The notes beneath the pieces were generated by a model. That model saw nothing but the letters and a program-made list of their open reading frames with translations, ran no database searches and had not been told where the DNA came from. 64,000 nt of DNA from contig JACPAV010000016.1 of NCBI GenBank assembly GCA_016180645.1, forward strand, positions 62,001 through 126,000, in the 5' to 3' direction. Both the position numbers and the translations under genes were made by a program. This document shows positions 56,708-64,000 of the stretch, in pieces; the first letter of the stretch is position 1, and every line of letters starts with the position of its first letter. Source of the DNA: Nitrospirota bacterium (GTDB lineage: Bacteria; JACPQY01).

Positions 56708-58144
56708 CTACTGCTTCGCCCGCTCCTCGGCCACTTCTTCGGGTGTCACCATGTCGCCCTTGTTGCCCCAGGCATTTCGGACGTAAGTCAGAATAGAGGC
56801 GACATCTCCGTCCCCCAGATTGAGGCGGGGCATCTCGGCGTTGTAGTCCTGACCGTTTACCTGGATCGGGCCTTTCATGCCGTTGATGACGATGTGAATG
56901 CTCCGTGGTTTGTCCGCCAGGAGAAAGTCCGATTTCGCCAGCGGCGGGAACACGCCGGGTATCCCTTCGCCCGTGGGCTGATGGCACATGGAGCAGTTGT
57001 TGAGATAAAGCTGGTTTCCTTCCTGAATGCGCATGTCCCGGGTGAGCTGCTTGATCCGCGGGTTCGTGCGCTTTTCTTCCTCGATCTGGGCGCGGAGTTT
57101 TTCGACCTCCTCGCGGCTCTTGTCCCCTTCGGGCGCCTGAGATCCCAAGTACACCTCGTCCACCTCTTTGCCGGAGTAAATCGATTTATCCTCCGGCCCC
57201 GATACCTTCAGCATGCCCAGCGTCCCTTTGTTGAACGTACGAAAAATCGAGTGGTCCACAAGGATAAACGTACCCGGCACTTCCACTTTGAATTCCACCA
57301 TGGTGGAACCGCCCGCCGGTATGAGGGTGGTTTGGACCTGTTTCTGATTCGGAAGGATTCCGCCTTCGCCGTAGACGCTGTCGAAGATTTCGCCGATGAC
57401 GTGGAACGAGCTGATCATGTTCGGCCCGCCGTTCCCGAGATAGAGTCGCACCGTTTCACCCACATTGGCCTGGAGCGCTTTGTCGCCGACCAGAGAACCG
57501 ACGGCGCCGTTGAATACGATGTATGACGGATTCTCATCGATGCCCCGTTGCATGTCGAACGGTTGAAGTCCCTTCTCGCCGAAGTTTCCCCTGGTGTAGA
57601 AGTCTCCCTGCATTACGTAGTACTCGCGGTTCACCTTCGGCATCCCTTCCTTCGGCTGCACGAGGATGAGGCCGTACATGCCGTTCGCCACGTGCATGGG
57701 AACGGGCGCGGTGGCACAGTGGTAGACGAAGAGACCGGGGTTGATGGCCTTGAAGGTGAATCGGGAGGCGTGGCCCGGCGCCGTGAACGAGCTTGCGGCG
57801 CCTCCGCCGGGACCCGTCACCGCGTGCAGATCGATATTGTGCGGCATCTTGCTGCCCGGGTTGTTCTGGAGATGGAATTCCACGGTATCCCCTTCGCGGA
57901 CTCGGATGAACTTGCCGGGCACTTTCCCACCGAACGTCCAGAACAGATATTGAACCCCGTCTGCCAGTTGGCCGACTTTCTCCACGACTTCGAGTTCAAC
58001 CACGACCTTCGCGGGGTTCTTCCGTTCTATGGACGGCGGAACGAGAGGCGCGTCGGTCAGCACGGCCTTCTCAACGGGTAGCTCGGCGGCGGCAGCATTG
58101 TGCATCGCTGCGGTCACCAATACGAGTAGGAGCAGAAGTTTCAT
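56708..58144 (-). CDS. nirK: Copper-containing nitrite reductase with C-terminal cytochrome c
   Basis: HNIDLH, YHC..H..M, SSFHVIG, VDH; C-terminal CSMCH..MP; GGAGG before ATG 58144; signal peptide. Confidence 0.96.
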   Translation of the reverse strand: MKLLLLLVLVTAAMHNAAAAELPVEKAVLTDAPLVPPSIERKNPAKVVVELEVVEKVGQLADGVQYLFWTFGGKVPGKFIRVREGDTVEFHLQNNPGSKMPHNIDLHAVTGPGGGAASSFTAPGHASRFTFKAINPGLFVYHCATAPVPMHVANGMYGLILVQPKEGMPKVNREYYVMQGDFYTRGNFGEKGLQPFDMQRGIDENPSYIVFNGAVGSLVGDKALQANVGETVRLYLGNGGPNMISSFHVIGEIFDSVYGEGGILPNQKQVQTTLIPAGGSTMVEFKVEVPGTFILVDHSIFRTFNKGTLGMLKVSGPEDKSIYSGKEVDEVYLGSQAPEGDKSREEVEKLRAQIEEEKRTNPRIKQLTRDMRIQEGNQLYLNNCSMCHQPTGEGIPGVFPPLAKSDFLLADKPRSIHIVINGMKGPIQVNGQDYNAEMPRLNLGDGDVASILTYVRNAWGNKGDMVTPEEVAEERAKQ

Positions 58145-58207
58145 GTCACACCTCCGGGTCATGGTTTCAGTTGGCCATTAGTGTCCGACCAAGTCAAGGA
58201 TCGAAAT

Positions 58208-58221
58208 ATGACGACGGTCAG
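58208..58221. promoter_or_regulatory. Possible FNR/DNR/NnrR-type site
   Basis: ATGAC-GACG-GTCAG (TGA-N6-TCA) ~65 nt upstream of nirK. Confidence 0.4.
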
Positions 58222-58236
58222 TATCAGGTGTTGTGG

Positions 58237-58290
58237 GTAGCCGTAGGCTTCAGCCTACGCGCCGGACGCGGGCTGGAAGCCCGCGCCTAC
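58237..58290. repeat. GTAG-type REP doublet
   Basis: GTAGCCGTAGGCTTCAGCCTACG..CGCGGGCTGGAAGCCCGCGCCTAC. Confidence 0.88.
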
Positions 58291-58310
58291 CAAGGGAAGG
58301 CCCTGAGATA

Positions 58311-58354
58311 CAAAACAAAAGGGCCGCCCCCTTGCATGCCCAAGGGAGCGGCCC
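58311..58354 (-). terminator. Rho-independent terminator
   Basis: GGGCCGC..CCCTTG / CAAGGG..GCGGCCC stem followed by TTTTGTTTT on the minus strand. Confidence 0.8.
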
Positions 58355-58375
58355 GGACTGATTGGAAAAGAAGGC

Positions 58376-60991
58376 TTACTTCAGGGCAGCGATGGACGCC
58401 TCGATTACGTCGAACGTGAACGTCGGGTTGTGCACGCCTTCCCCGCTCCCGGCATGGAGCAGGAAGTAATTCCAGCCGGCCTTCACGAGGTTGTCCGTGG
58501 CGGCCACGACCGCCGTCTTGGCCGCGGAGTCCGAATAGAAATCGCCCAACTGGACCTCCAGTTTCGTCACGGGCATCGTATGGGCCGATTCACCCGTCGG
58601 TGTATAGCTCACGGTCACCGCAGTCTTGAGGTTGACGAAGAAGCCCTGCTGGCCGTGAGGCTCCGTCGCTTCCAGGGACGACACGTTGTCCTTGCTGATC
58701 GTCACCGCCGCACTCTTCACGTCGTAGTCCTTGCCGTTGTACTGATGCGGCATGTAGTCCTTGACGTAAAACGTCGCCGGCAGCTTGGCGCTGAGATACG
58801 AGGCCATTTTGTCAGCCAAGGCTTTGAGGTCCTCCTCGGCGGCGCTTTGCAGCGTTTTCATTTGGACAAACGCATTGGTGTCCTTGTTGCCATGGCAGTT
58901 CGAGCAGATCTTGCCGTCCGCCTCGAAGGTGTGGTTCGTGCCCCTGCCCTGGTTGCTGAACTCCTTCGGCGGATCGGTCTGAACCATGTGGCAACTGGTG
59001 CAGGTGTCCTGGATGTTCGCGTGTTTCGAAGGCACGCCCGTGCTCACCAGGTAGGCATTCTGCCCCATGAACACGTCGGCCTGGCAGGCCGCATGGGGCG
59101 CGGAGTAGGCCGTGACCGCGATCGAATCGTTACGCAGGCCGTTGCGTGAATTGTGGCACGTCATGCACAGCGCCCCGCTGCCCACACCTTTGGCCTGGAA
59201 TCCGGAAGGCAGCATGGCGGTGTCCCCTTCGATCCGGACGGTCGCCGTGTTCGGCTCGCCGGAGGTGGTACCCTGCGCGTGGGGATCGTGGCAGACCACG
59301 CAAGTCTGCGGGTGGACGCTGTCCTTGGTCATGCCCCACGATTTCATCTCATCCACGGTGGCATTGCCGTTGGCCCCCTGGATTTGCTTCGTCAGATCGC
59401 CCTGTTTGATCCATTTGAGAAAGCCTTGTCCCGCGTGGCAGCGACCGCAGTGGGCCGCCGTGGCCTGGCGCCCTTCCACCGTAGCCTGCGCTTCGGCCAA
59501 GGCGTAGTCCGCGTGATGGCTCTCTTCCCACTGCTGATAGCGGCCGTGGCTCGGCGGCTCGCCGTGGCACGCCCCGCACACGCCGGAAGCGAGGCTTACG
59601 CGCTCGGGGTCGCTGACCTTGTTGTTATGGAGCGCGGTCGTATTCGGCCCGTGGCAGTTCTCACACTGGATGTTCGTCATCCGCGCCGTGGCCGGATACG
59701 TCGCCAGCATGGTGTCCCAATTCGTCGGTCTGGCCGTCCCGTACAGCTTCGCATCGATGAAGGTCTGGAAATCGGACGCCTCATCGATCCCGCCGTTCGC
59801 CACCTCCTTGTCATAGCCGACGCCATGGCACTCCAGGCATGTTTCCTTATAGGTCGCCGAGGAGTTCAGATTGTTCGTAAAGATTTCGGCATGGCCCGAT
59901 TTTTTCCACGGAGTGAACTTGTCCGGCGCGATGCTTCCGTTGTGACAGGACGTGCAACCGTCCGAATTCGGCCTCCCATCGGCGCCTCTGCCCGTGATCA
60001 CACCCTGCCAGTTTCCGGCATAGATGTTTAGGGTCGTTCCCGTATTGTTTTCCTTGGCCACGTACTGGCCCGCTGTGTCCGGCGTGAAGGCTGGGTCCTG
60101 GCTGCCGGCATCGTCGAACGTTGCCGAGCCCCCCGGCGTGGTCAAGCTCCAGCTATACCCGCCTGCGTTCTTCTTGCCGTGGAGCAGCACGGGGATCCCA
60201 ACCGGGACGTCTCCGATGCCGAGCGTGTGTTCAAACGCCGGTTTCGCCACGGAGACCTTGACCGTGCCCGAACCGCTCGTGGTCGAAGTTGTCACCGTCA
60301 GCTTGAGCGAAACGGTGGTCGAGGAGCCCAAGGCATGCGGGTCGATCGCCTGGATCAACGTGCGATCCGGCACCTTCAGGCCGGATACCAGTTTGGCCTT
60401 TGCAGTCGCCGCGTCGGGCAGCGGAACCGTGACCGTGTCCGAATCCGCGCCCGAGAGGGCCACGTTCGGACCGTCGGTGATCGACCATTTGTAGGACAGG
60501 AGGCTGGAGCCGTCGAGAACTTCCACCCTGGCCGGGACTTGCACCGCCTCACCGAATTGGCCCGTCACCGCTTTGATTTCGATCCCCACTGGGTTCTCGG
60601 GCACGAGCTTTACGGTCTGTGTGACGTCGCGGTCGGCAATGGCCGACATGACGACATCCGGAGAAGGGGCCTTGTAGAATGTCCTCTTGAGCTTCAGGAC
60701 GTACGCACCGGCGGTCACTTCCTTTCTGAACTTCCCTTCGGCGTCCGTCTTCAGCGCGGCGGGGGCTGCCGCCTGGGCCTCGCCCGCCTTGGCCGCGGCG
60801 GGCGCCTCGAACGGCGGATCGGGAGTGATCTCCACGTCCGCCACGGGGTCCCCCGTGATGCTGTTGACAACCTTAAGCTCGATCGTCCCTTTCGTGAGTT
60901 CGGAGGCTGTGCAACCCGCGAAGACCCAGAGGCCCGCCAGCATCAGGGCCAGGAACGAGAGCGCGACGTTTCGATCCGTGATGTACTTCAT
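58376..60991 (-). CDS. Lipoprotein nonaheme c-type cytochrome with N-terminal Ig-like domains (OmcB/c552-like C-terminus)
   Basis: AAAGGGG RBS, lipobox FAGC, 9 CXXCH, C-terminal AGWNY..GVHNP. Confidence 0.88.
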   Translation of the reverse strand: MKYITDRNVALSFLALMLAGLWVFAGCTASELTKGTIELKVVNSITGDPVADVEITPDPPFEAPAAAKAGEAQAAAPAALKTDAEGKFRKEVTAGAYVLKLKRTFYKAPSPDVVMSAIADRDVTQTVKLVPENPVGIEIKAVTGQFGEAVQVPARVEVLDGSSLLSYKWSITDGPNVALSGADSDTVTVPLPDAATAKAKLVSGLKVPDRTLIQAIDPHALGSSTTVSLKLTVTTSTTSGSGTVKVSVAKPAFEHTLGIGDVPVGIPVLLHGKKNAGGYSWSLTTPGGSATFDDAGSQDPAFTPDTAGQYVAKENNTGTTLNIYAGNWQGVITGRGADGRPNSDGCTSCHNGSIAPDKFTPWKKSGHAEIFTNNLNSSATYKETCLECHGVGYDKEVANGGIDEASDFQTFIDAKLYGTARPTNWDTMLATYPATARMTNIQCENCHGPNTTALHNNKVSDPERVSLASGVCGACHGEPPSHGRYQQWEESHHADYALAEAQATVEGRQATAAHCGRCHAGQGFLKWIKQGDLTKQIQGANGNATVDEMKSWGMTKDSVHPQTCVVCHDPHAQGTTSGEPNTATVRIEGDTAMLPSGFQAKGVGSGALCMTCHNSRNGLRNDSIAVTAYSAPHAACQADVFMGQNAYLVSTGVPSKHANIQDTCTSCHMVQTDPPKEFSNQGRGTNHTFEADGKICSNCHGNKDTNAFVQMKTLQSAAEEDLKALADKMASYLSAKLPATFYVKDYMPHQYNGKDYDVKSAAVTISKDNVSSLEATEPHGQQGFFVNLKTAVTVSYTPTGESAHTMPVTKLEVQLGDFYSDSAAKTAVVAATDNLVKAGWNYFLLHAGSGEGVHNPTFTFDVIEASIAALK

Positions 60992-61135
60992 GGTGCCACC
61001 CCTTTCTGGGATACCGTGACCCAGAGTGCAGCCCGGAAAGGGACGCACTCCGCATCGACCCGCGGAACGGAAGCCTCGATGGAGGTCTTCATCATTCATC
61101 GTGCGAATAATTCGCATACTCATCCGGCTGCTTGA

Positions 61136-61225
61136 ATGACTGCGATCAGCGGATTGAACGCAGCCGAAATGCAGCGCATGACACACCGTCACGGTCCCTG
61201 CGTTTTGGTCGCTGATTCAGATCAG
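61136..61225. promoter_or_regulatory. Two possible FNR-like sites
   Basis: ATGAC-TGCG-ATCAG (61136-61149) and CTGAT-TCAG-ATCAG (61212-61225). Confidence 0.4.
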
Positions 61226-61385
61226 GATGCGTTGGCCGTGCGGCGGCTGAAAAGTTTGGAACCGCGATCAATCATCACGCTTGGGCAGAGTTGAAGGATG
61301 TCTTCGCTCAGCATTGGACCGAAACGTGAAGGGGCATGAAAAGGATGGGGAGGGCGGCCACCTCGACGGAATGTAAAAAGATCGC

Positions 61386-61422
61386 AACAAAGGAAATCCC
61401 CCTTCGCGGGAAGGGGGATTTC
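61386..61422 (-). terminator. Rho-independent terminator
   Basis: 13-bp stem GAAATCCCCCTTC / GAAGGGGGATTTC followed by CTTTGTT on the minus strand. Confidence 0.75.
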
Positions 61423-61464
61423 AGAGAGGCTGAGACTCTGGCGACGTGAGATCGCGGGTTCCGG

Positions 61465-63963
61465 CTATTCCTTCTCCCTCTTGTAAGGCGGTTTGTACGG
61501 GTCCCACACGTTGTGGACGGTGGAGACGGCGAACTCTTTGCCTACGCCGTGGCAAGTCCTACACGATTCCGCTTCGTCTCCGCTCCAGGCATCAGCCGGC
61601 GTGGGATCGACGGTCATCGCCGTGCCATGAGCGATGGCCGCATCGCCGTCGTGGCATGCCAGACATGCCAACCTTGATGGGTTCTCGTTCCACGAGTTGG
61701 TTTCGGCATGGCACTTGGTGCAGTTGCGGATATCCTGCGGGAAGATGACGCCTGAGTAGTCTTCCGTGGCGTGGACTTCCTTGGGTTTGTCCAGGTAATG
61801 CCCGCGGTGTACGCCGTGGACGCGGCGAGCGAGGGGCGCCGAGCCAAAGCCCATGTTGCTGCGTCCCGCCGCGGCGTTGACGCCCCAGCCGTCCGCCGGA
61901 TCCGTGGCCTGCCGCGCCGCCATCTGCCGCTTGTAGTCGTGGCAGCTCTTGCAGATGTCCGGATTGAACTCGACACCGAAATAGGTGGCGTGCATTCGAG
62001 TGTCCTCGTGGCAGGTCTTGCAGTTGGTGGCGATCTTCTTGTCCTCGGTGGCCGTGCCCACCTGGAAATTGAGGAGGCTCCATCCCATGAGGGGTTTGGC
62101 GCCGGCTTCGACCCAGACCGAGTACGTGCCCGCCCGGAGCCCCTTCGTGTTGTCCAGTTGATAGGTGATGGCCGTGGACGACCGCTTGACCTTGGGGTCC
62201 TCGTCCAGCGGGTCCGACATGACGCGGAAATCGTTGTTCGCGTAGGTGTGAGTATCCTTGTTGACGTTGACGCCCACCGTCCATTTCATGTTGGTCGTGA
62301 CCGTGCCGGCGAGGATTTCGACCTCCGAGCCGGTCCCGATGGTGTTGCTCTTGATCAACACTTTGGACGCGCCACTGGATGATACTTTCGAGGCCGTGGC
62401 ATAGGTTCCGATGCCGGTGCTCTTGTCGTTGAGCCAGGATACGACCTCGGCCTGCGTAGCCTTGGAGGCATCGGCAAACTTGGACGCCGATGCGGTGATC
62501 GTGAAGGGTCCTTTGTTGTCGATATCGATCATGAATGTGGGACTACCCGAGAGATCCCATGGCCCGTTGCTTCCGTTCGTGACGTTGGCGCGAACGTGCG
62601 CGGCCCCCCCCGCCGTCGTCGTCAACACCGGCTCCGTGCCCGAACGCGGTCCCGACACGAAAATGTTGGCCCGCGAGAACGACGTAGCCGTAATCGTGGC
62701 GGGGTCGATCACCGCGCCGGTCGCGGCGTCCTTTACCGTGACCGTGAGGACGGGCGCTTCATCGACGTAGTAGCTCCCGTTGGCCGGGGGCGTGAGGGCC
62801 AGCTCAACCTTGGTATTGAACGCCGGCGGTGGGACCTTGTGGGCTTCCGCAACGGACTTCACACCGCCCGTGTCCGGCGGGTGGCAGGTCGCGCAGTTCT
62901 TGTCGTCCGTCTGCACGCCGCCGCTCTGCCCGCCTTCGTGCCCACCGTGTTTCTCTCCCGTCGAGAAGTCGACGTGGTCATGGCAGGCGCCGCACGCCAG
63001 GCGCGAGGGTTTGGTTTTCCATGAGTCGTCCAAGTGGCATTTCGTGCAATTCCGGACGTCCGCGGGAAAGACGACTTCGGTGTAATCCTTGAAGTCGCCG
63101 TTCTTGGGATCGATGTTCAACGGGTTTTCCAGCTCTTCACCCATGTGGACGCCGTGAACGCGACGAACAATATTATCGGGCACTTTATTGGCGGCGCTGC
63201 ACGGGCTTTCCGTGCGGCTGGCGCAGTACGCCGCGTATCCTTCCTGGTTGTGGCAGTTCTTGCACGTGCGGACGGGGTCCGAGTCGATGGCCCAGCCTCC
63301 CGCCGGGTTCCTGCCGGTGGGGTCGGCATGGTGCAGATAGAATTTCCCGCTCAACGCGCCCTTGTGGCAATCGGCGCAATTCCCAACGATCTCCTTTTGC
63401 ACGTCGGCCGTGCCGATCTGGACGTCCGCCAACTCGAAAGACTGGCTGAGGGCCTTGGCGGTGGCCACGCTGCGGAACCCCACCGTGTACGTGCCGGCCT
63501 CTTCGCTCGTAATCGGCTGAAGCGTGTACGTGAGGACGTTCCCCTTCACGGTCAGGTCGGGGGCGGCCGCTTTCTTGAGATCCACATAGTGATGGAGGCT
63601 GCCTGCGGCGTCCCGATCCGTCGATGCGTTCAGAAGCGCCGAGGCCGTCTTGATCGTTTGGACGTTCTTGGGTCCGTACATATAAAGGCCCGCCGTGCTC
63701 AGATCGTCCAGCGTCAGCGGATTCTCCTTGTCGTCCATGACATTGAGCGTGACCACGATTCTCTCACCGGCGGCGAAGAAGGAGCCGTTCTTGGGTTGCG
63801 ACGTGGAGAGAGTGACCGTGAGTCCATCCGATTTCGCGGCCGCCGCTCCAGGCAGCCCCTGCACGATCGTCTTTTCTTCCGTTGTGCATCCCAGCGCGGA
63901 CATCGCCATCAGGAGGGCGAGACCGCCGAGAATGTTTGCAAGTTCATTCATAGTGTTTTTCAT
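61465..63963 (-). CDS. Lipoprotein decaheme c-type cytochrome, OmcA/MtrC-like
   Basis: Lipobox ALGC; 10 CXXCH in two groups of five separated by heme-free beta domains; VHGVH, FPxDxRNCTKCH, PSRLACxACH. Confidence 0.9.
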   Translation of the reverse strand: MKNTMNELANILGGLALLMAMSALGCTTEEKTIVQGLPGAAAAKSDGLTVTLSTSQPKNGSFFAAGERIVVTLNVMDDKENPLTLDDLSTAGLYMYGPKNVQTIKTASALLNASTDRDAAGSLHHYVDLKKAAAPDLTVKGNVLTYTLQPITSEEAGTYTVGFRSVATAKALSQSFELADVQIGTADVQKEIVGNCADCHKGALSGKFYLHHADPTGRNPAGGWAIDSDPVRTCKNCHNQEGYAAYCASRTESPCSAANKVPDNIVRRVHGVHMGEELENPLNIDPKNGDFKDYTEVVFPADVRNCTKCHLDDSWKTKPSRLACGACHDHVDFSTGEKHGGHEGGQSGGVQTDDKNCATCHPPDTGGVKSVAEAHKVPPPAFNTKVELALTPPANGSYYVDEAPVLTVTVKDAATGAVIDPATITATSFSRANIFVSGPRSGTEPVLTTTAGGAAHVRANVTNGSNGPWDLSGSPTFMIDIDNKGPFTITASASKFADASKATQAEVVSWLNDKSTGIGTYATASKVSSSGASKVLIKSNTIGTGSEVEILAGTVTTNMKWTVGVNVNKDTHTYANNDFRVMSDPLDEDPKVKRSSTAITYQLDNTKGLRAGTYSVWVEAGAKPLMGWSLLNFQVGTATEDKKIATNCKTCHEDTRMHATYFGVEFNPDICKSCHDYKRQMAARQATDPADGWGVNAAAGRSNMGFGSAPLARRVHGVHRGHYLDKPKEVHATEDYSGVIFPQDIRNCTKCHAETNSWNENPSRLACLACHDGDAAIAHGTAMTVDPTPADAWSGDEAESCRTCHGVGKEFAVSTVHNVWDPYKPPYKREKE

Positions 63964-64000
63964 GGGAAGACTCCTTTCTGAACGTGGGCCTCTGCCAGGG

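Noticed and set aside
61102-61116. TGCGAA-TAA-TTCGCA palindrome as a Rex operator
   Set aside because: Spacing is one base shorter than TGTGAA-N4-TTCACA and arms differ; it may bind another regulator but cannot be assigned.

Overview
GC-rich bacterial chromosomal segment from a Gram-negative-type organism (lipoproteins, a MYXO-CTERM-like motif, multiheme cytochromes); the taxon cannot be fixed from sequence alone. The left 15.5 kb is a minus-strand cell-surface cluster: a 65-aa RiPP-precursor-like peptide (YxxPxI leader), an Ig/FN3 lipoprotein, a ~1880-aa multidomain protein with two internal membrane hairpins, and a >2437-aa beta-helical protein that runs off the window and is missing from the ORF track. 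Divergent from it are an ExeA-like ATPase, a receiver/LytR_C gene split at a poly-C tract, a degenerate HD-GYP protein and a Wzc-type tyrosine kinase. The middle holds housekeeping genes (purH, sirtuin, plsX, gatB, comM/yifB, nadE, ntrBC-like, Zn-dehydrogenase, AMMECR1, TldD/PmbA), a putative metallopeptidase/partner pair, a PilB/PilC/pilin plus two-component operon, a kinase, an MFS transporter, a cyclic-nucleotide-gated K+ channel and a DUF4143 ATPase. The right end has nirK(+cyt c)-nirV-sco and two lipoprotein multiheme cytochromes (9 and 10 CXXCH). The window is saturated with small palindromic repeats/MITEs of several families. Many are inserted in frame inside proteins, nested in each other, or form MIRU-like translationally coupled mini-ORFs at operon junctions. 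Several genes look leaderless. No rRNA, tRNA or CRISPR was recognised.
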